In this document: piece after piece, positions 8,507-17,081 of the stretch
Numbering within the stretch: the stretch's first letter is position 1
Layout of the letters: every line of letters starts with the position of its first letter
Assembly (NCBI GenBank): GCA_963674625.2
Contig: CAXXXO010000001.1
Span: 332,739-356,738, forward strand
Origin: Aminobacteriaceae bacterium
Lineage (GTDB): Bacteria > Synergistota > Synergistia > Synergistales > Aminobacteriaceae
Length of the DNA: 24,000 bases
Reading direction: 5' to 3'
Made by a program: the position numbers and the translations under genes
The notes under the pieces: generated by a model
What the model was told of the DNA's origin: nothing
The model's input: the letters and a program-made list of their open reading frames with translations, nothing else
The model's database searches: none

Positions 8507-8861
8507 CCGTCCTGTCCTCCTCTTCCCAGCGTGAGATGGCCGCGTCGATAAGGCTCTGGACGAATTTGAGTTCCCGGGGCTTGAGTTTTTTGCTGCGGTA
8601 CCATACCTCCACTTCGGGGTTCGATTGAAAGACCTCCTCGAGCTGAAGACGCCCGGACGGGGAGTCGGCTGTTTTCACCAGGTCCTGCACCTCCACCTCC
8701 AGCGCTTCCGCAAGGCGGGAGAGGAGCTTCATGGAGGGCATTCTCCGGTTGCTCTCGAGGGCCTGGATATAGATGCGGCTCACATCGGTTTTATCGGCCA
8801 GGGTCTGTTGGGTGAGATTCAGCGCCTTTCGGAGGGTTCGTATTCTCATACCGAGGCTCAT
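8493..8861 (-). CDS. XRE family helix-turn-helix transcriptional regulator
   Basis: MRIRTLRKALNLTQQTLADKTDVSRIYIQALESNRRMPSMKLLSRLAEAL is a classic Cro/C1 HTH. GAGGAGG lies 8 nt upstream of the ATG. Confidence 0.9.
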   Translation of the reverse strand: MSLGMRIRTLRKALNLTQQTLADKTDVSRIYIQALESNRRMPSMKLLSRLAEALEVEVQDLVKTADSPSGRLQLEEVFQSNPEVEVWYRSKKLKPRELKFVQSLIDAAISRWEEEDRTDESV

Positions 8862-9054
8862 GACGCATTCCTCCTCAAAATTGTTTTCACAGCATATATA
8901 TTATTATAGCAATGATAACCGCATGTGCAAGGACGATAAAAATTCAGAAAAAATGCTGGCTTATGACTGTTGTAATTCTTTCCGTTTTAGAATATATTAT
9001 ATGTGGGGAGTAATAATGAACAGGCAACATCAATCGAACGGGGAGGAATTACAA

Positions 9055-9939
9055 ATGGATTTTCGTGAACTGCAAAGTCTTGTGGAAGTTATGGAAAAAG
9101 GAAGCATTTCCGCTGCGGCCGCATCATTGGGAATATCCCAGCCAGCGGTAAGCAAGCACGTGGCGAAGCTCGAACGGGAGATGGGCGTCAAGATTTTTGC
9201 CCGGGGACAGAAATGTTCCAATCTTACCGTGGAGGGAGAAGTGCTCTACAAGTTCGCCAGGAAGACCATCTCCCAGCTTTCCGACATCAAGAGGGACTTC
9301 TCCGACATCGCCGACGACGTTTCGGGCATCGTGCGCATCAGCGCAAGCTCGATCCCGGGGGATTTCATCCTTCCGGCCATGCTGGTGGAATTCCGGAAAC
9401 TTTATCCCAATATAGAGGTTGAAGTCCGCATCTCCGATTCCCGGGAGGCAATCGAAAAACTCGTGACCCGGGAGACGGACATTTCCATCACCGGCCACGG
9501 ACGGCATGCCTCGGGCTTCAACACCATCCCCTTTGCCCGGGATGAACTCGTTCTGCTCGTCAGAGAGGACCATCCCCTCGCCGACAATGAATCCGTCACC
9601 CTGAAGGACCTCGAGAATATCGACCTCATCGGCAGGGTTACCGGGTCGTCCACCACCAGGATATGGGAGGACGCCTTCAAGGCCCACACGGGCAAGGGAA
9701 AGCATGTCTACATGAAGTTCGGCCATGTCAGCGCCGTAATCGAGGCGGTGAAGAACGGCGCCGAGGGCGCGGTCATCTCCCGCCTTGCCGGTGCCGGCAT
9801 CACGGGCATGAGGCTTCTTCCCTTCCGGCCGGCCCTCATGAGGACCTATTCCATCACCCATGGCACCATGACGACGAAAGCCATGGAGATTCTTCTCGAT
9901 TTTCTTCTCGAGCGGAAGACCTTTCTGGCCGCCGACTGA
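9055..9939 (+). CDS. LysR family transcriptional regulator
   Basis: MDFRELQSLVEVMEKGSISAAAASLGISQPAVSKHVAKLEREMGVKIFAR is a LysR HTH, followed by a substrate-binding domain. I prefer ATG 9055 with GGGAGG 8 nt upstream. ATG 9016 is an alternative. The ORF-track start at 8773 is rejected. Confidence 0.85.
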   Translation: MDFRELQSLVEVMEKGSISAAAASLGISQPAVSKHVAKLEREMGVKIFARGQKCSNLTVEGEVLYKFARKTISQLSDIKRDFSDIADDVSGIVRISASSIPGDFILPAMLVEFRKLYPNIEVEVRISDSREAIEKLVTRETDISITGHGRHASGFNTIPFARDELVLLVREDHPLADNESVTLKDLENIDLIGRVTGSSTTRIWEDAFKAHTGKGKHVYMKFGHVSAVIEAVKNGAEGAVISRLAGAGITGMRLLPFRPALMRTYSITHGTMTTKAMEILLDFLLERKTFLAAD

Positions 9940-9946
9940 AGGCGGG

Positions 9947-10468
9947 ATGAGCTTTCCAGAGGTACAGCCGTCACCGGAGGCCTGCTCCTCCGGTGACGAT
10001 GACCCTGTCGAAAAAGTAAAAAACTCTCTCCGTGAGAAGGGATATTCCGAGGATGTGACGATCTGCGAAGCTTCAATATCCACCGTCAGGGAGGCCGCCC
10101 TGGCTGTAGGGGCGCCTGAGGAGCATATTCTCAAGAGCCTGATCTTCCTGGCGGACGATAAGCCGATCCTCGTCCTCATGGCAGGGGAAAACCGGGTTGA
10201 CTCGAAAAAGCTTCGCCTGGCGGCGGGAGCGAAAAAAATCCGCATGGCCGACGCCGATTTCGTTCATCGGTGGTCGGGATTCCGGACCGGCGGCGTCCCT
10301 CCCGTGGGCTATGACCAAAGCCCCAGGGCTTTTCTCGACGAGGATCTTTTTCAGTACCCGGTTGTCTGGGCCGCTGCTGGGACGGATCACTCCTTCTTTC
10401 CCGTATCCCCTTCAGACCTTGCGGAGCTTACCGGAGGAGCGAAACATCCCCTGAAAAAACAGCTGTGA
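9947..10468 (+). CDS. YbaK/EbsC-type aminoacyl-tRNA editing (deacylase) domain protein
   Basis: Supporting motifs are HILKSLIFLADDKPILVLMAGENRVDSKKL, GFRTGGVPPVGY and VVWAAAGTDHSFFPVSPSDL, typical of the YbaK/ProX family. Confidence 0.8.
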   Translation: MSFPEVQPSPEACSSGDDDPVEKVKNSLREKGYSEDVTICEASISTVREAALAVGAPEEHILKSLIFLADDKPILVLMAGENRVDSKKLRLAAGAKKIRMADADFVHRWSGFRTGGVPPVGYDQSPRAFLDEDLFQYPVVWAAAGTDHSFFPVSPSDLAELTGGAKHPLKKQL

Positions 10469-10473
10469 AAAAG

Positions 10474-10511
10474 AAAAAGTGAAGAGAGGCGCGCGCCTCT
10501 CTTCACTTTTT
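10474..10511. terminator. bidirectional intrinsic terminator between convergent genes
   Basis: A perfect palindrome gtgaagagaggcgc|gcgcctctcttcac (10479-10506) is flanked by A5 and T5. Confidence 0.85.
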
Positions 10512-10520
10512 CTGTGCCGT

Positions 10521-10946
10521 TCAGATTCTTTTTTCCGGGTCGAGGGCTTCGAAGGAGCCGTCGAAGGATCTCCCGAGATGGATTGTAGCCAAGGGCCGAA
10601 GGAAAATCTCCGCGTTGTTGAAGACGATGGCCTGAAGGATATGACCCGAAAGGGAGTGGTGATCCGGCGGATTGAAGACCCCGTGAAGATGGGGATAGAG
10701 GGATCCTCCCCGGTAGCTCACGTTGCCGCTCAGCGCGGTGAGCTCCATTGTCGTCTCGAACTTTTCCGTGTTGTAGTCTCTGCCGTTGTACCAGCCGAAG
10801 GTGACTGAGGAGATCATTCCCGCCCCTCCGACCACTATGGCCGAATCAACCTCGGCTTTTCTGCAGGCGAACACGATGGAGTCAGCAAGGTCGTCGCCTT
10901 CGGCCAGACGGATCGCAATAATCTCGTCCGTTGCGGCATACTTCAT
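10521..10946 (-). CDS. PPC (DUF296) domain protein
   Basis: MKYAATDEIIAIRLAEGDDLADSIVFACRKAEVDSAIVVGGAGMISSVTFGW...MELTALSGNVS...HLHGVF...SGHIL matches the PPC/DUF296 pattern. ATG 10946 is preceded by GGAAAGGAGGAAG. Confidence 0.7.
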   Translation of the reverse strand: MKYAATDEIIAIRLAEGDDLADSIVFACRKAEVDSAIVVGGAGMISSVTFGWYNGRDYNTEKFETTMELTALSGNVSYRGGSLYPHLHGVFNPPDHHSLSGHILQAIVFNNAEIFLRPLATIHLGRSFDGSFEALDPEKRI

Positions 10947-11052
10947 CCTTCTCTTCCTCCTTTCCCGTTGTAAAGCAGGAAAATCCTCCGAAAACATGCG
11001 CAACAGCTTGATCTTCTCTTATCATAGCACTTCGGAGGCGCAAGAAACCGTC

Positions 11053-12048
11053 TTATTCCTCGAGGAGGTAGTTTTGCAGCTCCGTTTTCCGCAGCCCGGC
11101 TCCGAGCCCGGCCGCGAGCTTGATCCGCGCCTGCATGGGGCTCAGGGGCCCGCCGTCGAGCACACCGATCTCAAGCAGGCGCTTCATGGACCCTTCGAAG
11201 GAGTTCGGGGCTGCCAGGGTATGTCCCTTCTGGCAGCGGCTGACGATCACCACGGGAACTTCTTCCTTCCCCAGTTTTTTTATGTAGGGAACCCAGGAAG
11301 GGGGGACGTTCCCTCCTCCGAAGGCCGCGATGACCAGTCCGTCGAGCTGTCTTTTTTCGTCCGGAACGAGAAGCTCGAGAATTCTGTCGCCCCCTCCGAG
11401 AGAAGCGTAGAGAATCTCAACGTCCCTGGCCGGCGGGGATGATTCTTCGAGAACCTTGGAGCGCCGGTGCTGGCGCAGTATGTCCACCCGGTTGCCGATG
11501 AACTGTCCCAGGGGCCCCCTGTCGGGGGAGAGGAAGGAACATCGCCTCTGATTCGCCGTCTCGGTGATCTCCGATGCTGCGAAGAGCTGGTCCTGAAGAC
11601 AGACGAGCACCCCCATGCCCCAGCATTCTCCTGAAAGGGCCGCAAGTACGGACTGGCAGAGATTGAGCGGCGCGTCCGAGCCGATGGAATAGAAGGGGTG
11701 ATGGGAAGCCGTGAAGATGACCGGCTGCGGATAGGCCCAGTAGAGATCAGTCAGGTAGGCCATCTCCTCTATGGCGTCCGTGCCGCAGGTGACGACGAGC
11801 CCCCCCGCTCCGTCCACCACCGATTTGGAAAGGATCTGGATCAGGTCCCCGGTCATCCTGAGGGTATAGTGGCTGCTTGGCTGGCGGCTCCAGTCCACTA
11901 CGAAAAGCTTTTCCCGCTGCTCCTCCGGAAGCCATGAGAGCATTTCCTCCACGGGAAGGGTGGGCTGGCGGATGTCCGTCTGCGGATTCAGCCGCATGCA
12001 CATCTGGCCGCCCGCAATGACAAGGGCGATCTTTCCCCGGTTGGACAT
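11053..12048 (-). CDS. asparaginase/GatD-family homolog with non-canonical active-site residues
   Basis: It aligns along its length with type I asparaginases: VVTCGTDAIEEMAY corresponds to HGTDTM, and GLVIAAFGGGNVP to the C-terminal motif. The TGGTI nucleophile motif instead reads AGGQM. Confidence 0.7.
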   Translation of the reverse strand: MSNRGKIALVIAGGQMCMRLNPQTDIRQPTLPVEEMLSWLPEEQREKLFVVDWSRQPSSHYTLRMTGDLIQILSKSVVDGAGGLVVTCGTDAIEEMAYLTDLYWAYPQPVIFTASHHPFYSIGSDAPLNLCQSVLAALSGECWGMGVLVCLQDQLFAASEITETANQRRCSFLSPDRGPLGQFIGNRVDILRQHRRSKVLEESSPPARDVEILYASLGGGDRILELLVPDEKRQLDGLVIAAFGGGNVPPSWVPYIKKLGKEEVPVVIVSRCQKGHTLAAPNSFEGSMKRLLEIGVLDGGPLSPMQARIKLAAGLGAGLRKTELQNYLLEE

Positions 12049-12127
12049 GATTATTCCCCCTTTCCGTTCTTCCCGGCCGAAGGTTTTCCGGCGGTGAAGA
12101 ACAGAAGATAAATCCGGTGCCGACTTT

Positions 12128-12784
12128 CTAAAATCCGAGGTCTTCTCCCACGAGAATCACGTGGGTTTTTCTTCCGCCGGTGGCGCCTTCGAGGATGAGA
12201 AGGGCCTTGCAGGCTCTCGCATCAGATGAACAGTCCATGCAGTGTCCGGTTTTCGTGCAGGGCGTGTCGAGGTGAAGCCGAAGGGCATTGGGCGGGGTGG
12301 CCGTATTGCGGGTACGGGAGATCGCCTCATCCACTGTGGCGGTGACCTTGTTCATCCCGACCACGAAGATAAGGGTATTCTTCCCCCAGGCCATGCCGCT
12401 TACTCTGTTGCCATTGCCGTCGATGTTCACGAGCATTCCGTCCCGGGTCAGGGCATTGGACCCGGTCAGGTAGTATTCAGCCAGCAGTTCGTCCTGCAGG
12501 GCCTGGAGACGCTCCTCGGGGGTCAGTTCGGGGTCCCAGTGGTGGATCACCCTGCATCCTCTCTCCCGGAGCTTCTCGAGAGCGCCGATTTCGCGGATGG
12601 TCACGCTTCCGGGTATTCCTACGGAGGCTCCATCCGGTATTATCCTGAGAACTTCCCCGAGAGCCTCTTCGGCAGTCGGCACGTAGAGCGCCTCGAACCC
12701 CCGGGATCTGAGGTTTTTCACCACCGTATCCCCGAGTATTTGCCGGTGCTTTCTTCGTGCCTCTTCAAAAGGGCTTGCAGCCAT
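12128..12784 (-). CDS. LUD (LutC/YkgG-like, DUF162) domain protein
   Basis: Supporting segments are ALYVPTAEEALGEVLRIIPDGASVGIPGSVT, YLTGSNALTRDGMLVNIDGNGNRV, and a C-terminal Cys cluster CTKTGHCMDCSSDARAC. I prefer ATG 12784, with GGAGG 7 nt upstream, or 12790. The ORF-track start at 13075 would run through the ylxM promoter. Confidence 0.7.
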   Translation of the reverse strand: MAASPFEEARRKHRQILGDTVVKNLRSRGFEALYVPTAEEALGEVLRIIPDGASVGIPGSVTIREIGALEKLRERGCRVIHHWDPELTPEERLQALQDELLAEYYLTGSNALTRDGMLVNIDGNGNRVSGMAWGKNTLIFVVGMNKVTATVDEAISRTRNTATPPNALRLHLDTPCTKTGHCMDCSSDARACKALLILEGATGGRKTHVILVGEDLGF

Positions 12785-12913
12785 TTCCATTCCTCCCTGC
12801 AGGAGAATTTTCAAATATTTCCCCGTCATTTTCGGTCCTCTGTAATGATGGCAAGAAAGTCCCTCTTTGTCCAGCCGGGGAGAAGAAAAATTCGAGGTGT
12901 AAAGAATAATATC

Positions 12914-12942
12914 TTGACAGCCTTTCCGGTCCCCGCTATAAT
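12914..12942 (+). promoter_or_regulatory. consensus sigma70 promoter of the ylxM-ffh operon
   Basis: TTGACA (12914-12919), an exactly 17-nt spacer, then TATAAT (12937-12942). Confidence 0.7.
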
Positions 12943-12967
12943 GCCTCTGTCTGAAGGGGGATTTTTC

Positions 12968-13285
12968 GTGGCGAGAGAGGATCTGCTTTTTTCGAGAAGA
13001 ATGCATGTCAACCGGCTTTATGATCTCTACAGCCCTCTTCTTACCGAAAAACAGCGGGAAGCGTGGGAGCTTCACGAATTCTCCGATCTCTCTCTGGCCG
13101 AGACGGCCGAAAGAATAGGCACGAGCCGGCAGGCTGTTTTCGATCTCATCTCCCGCAGCAGGGACCGTCTGGAAGAACTCGAGGGACTCCTCGGTTTTTT
13201 GAGCCGGGAAAGTGCCCTGAAAAGGGAAATTGATCTTCTTCGGACGGAAACGAACCCGGCGGAAAATTCCCGGAAAAATCGCTGA
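12968..13285 (+). CDS. ylxM: YlxM/p13-like (UPF0122) putative DNA-binding protein
   Basis: RMHVNRLYDLYSPLLTEKQREAWELHEFSDLSLAETAERIGTSRQAVFDLISRS parallels B. subtilis YlxM. It sits immediately upstream of ffh. The GTG at 12968 has GAAGGGGGA upstream; ATG 13001 is an alternative. Confidence 0.75.
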   Translation: MAREDLLFSRRMHVNRLYDLYSPLLTEKQREAWELHEFSDLSLAETAERIGTSRQAVFDLISRSRDRLEELEGLLGFLSRESALKREIDLLRTETNPAENSRKNR

Positions 13286-13303
13286 CAGTAAGGGAGAAAA
13301 ATC

Positions 13304-14368
13304 ATGTTCGATTCACTCCGTGAACGATTCGAAGCCGTCTTCGATAAGCTCAAGGGACGGGGAAAGCTCGCCGAAAGCGATGTGGAGTCGGCGCTCCGGG
13401 AGGTCCGCAGAGGGCTCCTCGAGGCGGACGTAGACTATAAGGTCGTAAAGACCCTCGTGGAGTCGATCAAGGTCCGCGCCGTCGGGCGGGATGTGCTCGA
13501 CTCCATCACTCCGGGACAGCAGGTTTCCGCCATCGTCTACGAGGAGCTCGCCGCTCTCATGGGGCCGGATCCGGTTCCGCTGACCATCGCCTCGAAACCG
13601 CCAACGGTCTATCTCATGGTGGGCCTTCAGGGAAGCGGAAAAACCACGACCACCGTGAAGATCGCCCGCCGGCTGGTCGGAACCCATAATCCCCTCGTGG
13701 TGGCCTGCGATCTCAGGCGCCCTGCCGCCGTGGAGCAGCTTCGGGTCCTCGCGGCCCAGTCGAAGATCTCCTTTTCCGGCCCGGAGGAGGGGACGAAGGA
13801 CGTGCTCTCCGTGGTGAAGGATGCCCTGAACTACGCGTCAGGGCATCTGAACGACGTCATTCTTCTCGATACGGCGGGACGGCTTCACATGGACGAGGAA
13901 CTCATGGAAGAACTCTCCTCGATCAAGGAGATCCTGCCTCCCACGGAAGTTCTTCTCGTGGTGGACTCCATGACCGGCCAGGAGGCCGTGAAGGTGGCCT
14001 CGGCCTTTCATGAAAAACTCGCTCTCACTGGAGTAGTTCTCACGAAGCTCGACGGTGACGCCCGGGGCGGAGCCGCCCTCGCCATCCGCCAGGTCACAGG
14101 CGTTCCTGTGAAGTTTGCCGGAGTGGGGGAGGCTACCGATGCCCTCGAGGTCTTCGACCCCCGGAGAATGGCCCAGCGGATTATGGGCATGGGCGACGTC
14201 ATGGGTCTTGCGGAGAAGATCCGGGAAATGGCCGATTCGGGCGGCGCCGACAAGATCTCCGACAGCATCAAATCCAAGAAATTCACCCTGGAGGAATTGC
14301 TCGTCCAGTTTGAACAGATAGAAAAGATGGGCCCTCTGGGCAAGATATTCGACATGATCCCCGCATGA
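13304..14368 (+). CDS. ffh: signal recognition particle protein Ffh, N-terminal segment (N+G domains and first M-domain helix)
   Basis: It carries [10 protein letters not shown] (G1), DTAGR (G3), TKLDGD (G4) and the M-domain start [13 protein letters not shown]. It ends at TGA 14366-14368, where homologs continue with ...MIPGM... Confidence 0.9.
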   Translation: MFDSLRERFEAVFDKLKGRGKLAESDVESALREVRRGLLEADVDYKVVKTLVESIKVRAVGRDVLDSITPGQQVSAIVYEELAALMGPDPVPLTIASKPPTVYLMVGLQGSGKTTTTVKIARRLVGTHNPLVVACDLRRPAAVEQLRVLAAQSKISFSGPEEGTKDVLSVVKDALNYASGHLNDVILLDTAGRLHMDEELMEELSSIKEILPPTEVLLVVDSMTGQEAVKVASAFHEKLALTGVVLTKLDGDARGGAALAIRQVTGVPVKFAGVGEATDALEVFDPRRMAQRIMGMGDVMGLAEKIREMADSGGADKISDSIKSKKFTLEELLVQFEQIEKMGPLGKIFDMIPA

Positions 14369-14655
14369 GCAAGATGAAAGGGATCAGCAGCGACGATCTC
14401 GACCCCTCCCGTCTGAAGCAGTCGAAGGCCATCATCCAGTCGATGACGAAAGCCGAGCGGCGCGACCCCGCCATCATCAAGGGAAGCCGCCGGAGGCGGA
14501 TCGCCCAGGGTTCCGGGACATCCGTCCAGATGGTGAACCAGCTTCTCGCCCAGTACGAACAGATGAGGAAGCTCTGGAAGCAGTTCGGAAAGCAGGGGAA
14601 GGGTTTCCGCCTTCCCAAGGGCCTCTTCGGAGGCGGCGGAGGCTTCCGGTTCTAA
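14365..14655 (+). CDS. ffh: Ffh C-terminal segment (rest of M domain) in the -1 frame
   Basis: [13 protein letters not shown]...[48 protein letters not shown] is the SRP54 M-domain finger loop and RNA-binding helices. Its ATG overlaps the upstream TGA (gcATGAgc). Confidence 0.85.
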   Translation: MSKMKGISSDDLDPSRLKQSKAIIQSMTKAERRDPAIIKGSRRRRIAQGSGTSVQMVNQLLAQYEQMRKLWKQFGKQGKGFRLPKGLFGGGGGFRF

Positions 14656-14735
14656 ACAGCAGTCCGGTCACGGTCCGCCCCGAACGGCAATGCCGAGGGG
14701 GCGTGAACCGGTATATTTCAGGAGGTGTATGGTAT

Positions 14736-15011
14736 ATGGCAGTACGTATTCGCCTTGCCCGTCATGGACGGAAAAAGGCCCCGTTTTACCGGTTGGTGGT
14801 GGCTGATTCCCGGGCCCCGCGAGACGGCCGTTTTATCGAACTTCTCGGCACCTACGATCCCATGACGGATCCCGCAGCGATTAAGGTTGACGAAGAGCGG
14901 GCAATGCACTGGCTGAAGGTCGGGGCCAGCGCATCCGACACAGCCAGGGGATTGCTCAAAAAAGCAGGGGTCTGGGAGAAGTTCGAGGCTGAAAAGAAGC
15001 CGGTGGAATAA
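14736..15011 (+). CDS. rpsP: 30S ribosomal protein S16
   Basis: It begins [47 protein letters not shown] at 14721-14725 lies upstream of ATG 14736. The ORF-track GTG at 14703 is rejected. Confidence 0.95.
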   Translation: MAVRIRLARHGRKKAPFYRLVVADSRAPRDGRFIELLGTYDPMTDPAAIKVDEERAMHWLKVGASASDTARGLLKKAGVWEKFEAEKKPVE

Positions 15012-15013
15012 TC

Positions 15014-15262
15014 ATGCCGGATTACAGAGAACTGGTTGATTTCGTCGTCCGCCGTCTTGTCACCGACCCCGACAAAGTTCAGGTCAGTGCCGAAAACGAC
15101 GATCACGGCGTCATATCCGTCATGATTCATGTCGCCCCGGAGGACGTGGGGCGTGTCATCGGAAAGCGCGGAGCGACCATCAACGCGATTCGCCTTCTCG
15201 CCAAGGCGTCGGCGGTCAAAGAGAACGACCGGGTGGACGTGGATATCCGTGAGGACGAATAG
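15014..15262 (+). CDS. KH domain RNA-binding protein (YlqC/UPF0109)
   Basis: HVAPEDVGRVIGKRGATINAIRLLAKA contains the GxxG KH motif. The gene holds the conserved position between rpsP and rimM. Confidence 0.9.
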   Translation: MPDYRELVDFVVRRLVTDPDKVQVSAENDDHGVISVMIHVAPEDVGRVIGKRGATINAIRLLAKASAVKENDRVDVDIREDE

Positions 15263-15785
15263 GGTTCGCATCGGACGGATTCTCGGACCCCAGGGAGTTC
15301 GGGGAGAGCTGAAGATTCTCGCCCTGACCGATCTTCCGGAGAGGTTTCTCTCCATGGAAAAGATGCGCGTCTATACGGATGAAGGGGTTTTCCGCAGGGA
15401 ACTCACCCTGCTTTCCGCCCGGCGGATAGAACACAAGGGGCTCATCGTGGCGGAGACCGGGGAGGTTACGTCCCGTTCAGAAGCTGAAAGCCTTTCGGGA
15501 AGCTTCATCGAAATCGACCCCGAAGAGCGGTATGACCTTGACGAGGGAGAATTCTGGATTGACGATCTTCTCGGAATGACCGCCCTCGACGCCAAGTCGG
15601 GGGAAAAACTCGGTACAGTCCGGGATGTTGCCTCCGCGGGCGAGCAGGATATATACGTTGTCCGGGACGAAAACGGAAAGGACCACTATATTCCGGCGGT
15701 GAAGGAATTCATCAGGGAAGTGAACCTTGAAAACCGGCAGATTCGAATCGCATTAATGGAAGGCCTCTGGGAATCGTGCATGTAA
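15249..15785 (+). CDS. rimM: 16S rRNA processing protein RimM
   Basis: The RimM N-terminus RVRIGRILGPQGVRGELKI is present. The GTG at 15249 overlaps the KH gene end by 14 nt. The ORF-track start at 15129 lies inside the KH gene. Confidence 0.85.
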   Translation: MRTNRVRIGRILGPQGVRGELKILALTDLPERFLSMEKMRVYTDEGVFRRELTLLSARRIEHKGLIVAETGEVTSRSEAESLSGSFIEIDPEERYDLDEGEFWIDDLLGMTALDAKSGEKLGTVRDVASAGEQDIYVVRDENGKDHYIPAVKEFIREVNLENRQIRIALMEGLWESCM

Positions 15786-17035
15786 CGATCCTTACCGCTT
15801 TTCCCGAGTTCTTCGCAGATTTTCTCTCCACGAGCATGATAGGCCGCGCCGTGAAGAGCGGACAGATACGGGTGGACGTGGAGGACCTTCGGAATTACGG
15901 CCTCGGCAGCTACCGCCAGGTGGACGATTATTCCTTCGGCGGAGGAGGCGGCATGGTCCTTCTTCCCGAGGTGATGGAAGAGGCCCTGGCTTCCCTTGAG
16001 AAAGAAGAGGGTCCCGGCTACGTGGTCTATCCGTCCCCCCAGGGGGACCCCCTCTCCCAGGAAATCGTGGAGACCCTTGCGGCCCAGAAGCATGTCCGCA
16101 TCCTCTGCGGCCACTACGAGGGAATGGACGAACGGTTCACCGCCCGCAGGGTCGACCGGGAGATATCCCTCGGCGACTTCGTTCTCACGGGGGGGGAAAT
16201 TCCCGCCATGGCCATGATCGATGCCATGGCACGGCTGGTTCCCGGCGTGGTAGGAAAGGAATCGGCGGTAGTGGAGGACTCTTTTTACCGGGGAATGCTC
16301 GATCATCCCCACTTCACCCGTCCGGCCGAATGGCAGGGGGAGAAGGTACCGGAGGTTCTTCTGGGCGGAAACGCGGCCCTCATCGAAGAATGGCGCAGAA
16401 GTTCGGCGGTGGAGCGAACCCTCTCGCGGAGGGGCGATCTTATCGCCCGGGCAAACATCAGGCCCTACCTCGGCCGGGGAGTGTATGCCGTCCTGGTCCA
16501 CTCTCCCGTTCTCGATCGGCGGGGTGAAAAAAGCACGGCGGCGGTGACCGGCCTCGACCTCTCGGATATCGCCCGGTCGTGCAGGACCTACGGGATCGAC
16601 CGGTTCCTCGTGGCCACGCCCCTTCCGGGCCAGAGAGAGCTCGTGAAGACCATGGCCCGCCACTGGACGGAGGGCGGGGGAGGAAAGGCAAACCCCGCGA
16701 GGAAAGAGGCGTTCTTGCGCCTCAGGACAGTGGCTTCTCTTGATCGGGCGATCGAATGGGTCGCAAAGCGGGAGAAAGAACCGCCCCTGGTCATCGGTAC
16801 CAGCGCAAAAAAACGGGAGGGCTCCTTTCACTGGCTGGAGGCGAAAAGAAAGATGCTGAGAGAGAAAAAAGCGGTTCTTTTCGTCTTCGGAACGGGATCG
16901 GGCCTTTCCGACGAAGTACTGGAGCAATGCTCCATGATATTGCAGCCCCTTTCAGGAGGAGCTGAAGATTACAACCATCTTTCCGTCAGGACCGCCGCAG
17001 GAGTGGTCTTCGACCGGTTTTTCGGATGGCGCTGA
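15776..17035 (+). CDS. trmD: tRNA (guanine37-N1)-methyltransferase TrmD fused to a C-terminal TM1570-like putative SPOUT RNA methyltransferase domain
   Basis: Residues 1 to about 235 are TrmD ([38 protein letters not shown]). Residues about 236-419 read [48 protein letters not shown]...[10 protein letters not shown]...[19 protein letters not shown]. From memory these resemble the Methyltrn_RNA_4 (PF09936) family. No stop codon separates the two domains. Confidence 0.85.
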   Translation: MHVTILTAFPEFFADFLSTSMIGRAVKSGQIRVDVEDLRNYGLGSYRQVDDYSFGGGGGMVLLPEVMEEALASLEKEEGPGYVVYPSPQGDPLSQEIVETLAAQKHVRILCGHYEGMDERFTARRVDREISLGDFVLTGGEIPAMAMIDAMARLVPGVVGKESAVVEDSFYRGMLDHPHFTRPAEWQGEKVPEVLLGGNAALIEEWRRSSAVERTLSRRGDLIARANIRPYLGRGVYAVLVHSPVLDRRGEKSTAAVTGLDLSDIARSCRTYGIDRFLVATPLPGQRELVKTMARHWTEGGGGKANPARKEAFLRLRTVASLDRAIEWVAKREKEPPLVIGTSAKKREGSFHWLEAKRKMLREKKAVLFVFGTGSGLSDEVLEQCSMILQPLSGGAEDYNHLSVRTAAGVVFDRFFGWR

Positions 17036-17081
17036 AAAAGAAAAAGCTTCAGAGAAATGGACTCGAGGAGGATACAATATA

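Noticed and set aside
8904-8918. ttatagcaatgataa (TTAT-N7-ATAA, a T-N11-A-like dyad) in the xre/lysR divergent region, considered as a LysR box.
   Set aside because: The region is generally AT-rich, so such dyads arise by chance. There is no second site or conservation evidence available.
9124-10245. A 373-codon minus-strand ORF lies opposite the LysR and YbaK genes.
   Set aside because: It is antisense to two genes with clear family motifs and has no motifs of its own. Its composition is typical of a mirror frame.
12242-12967. The first 242 codons of the 347-aa plus-strand ORF that ends as ylxM.
   Set aside because: This part is antisense to the LUD gene and reads through the consensus promoter at 12914-12942. 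Only the last 106 codons match YlxM.
15686-16927. A 413-codon antisense ORF opposite rimM and trmD. Similar antisense ORFs occur at 17722-18699 and 18778-19656.
   Set aside because: This is the same mirror-frame artefact of G+C-rich coding DNA. The products are low-complexity, lack an RBS, and lie opposite genes with strong sense-strand identities.
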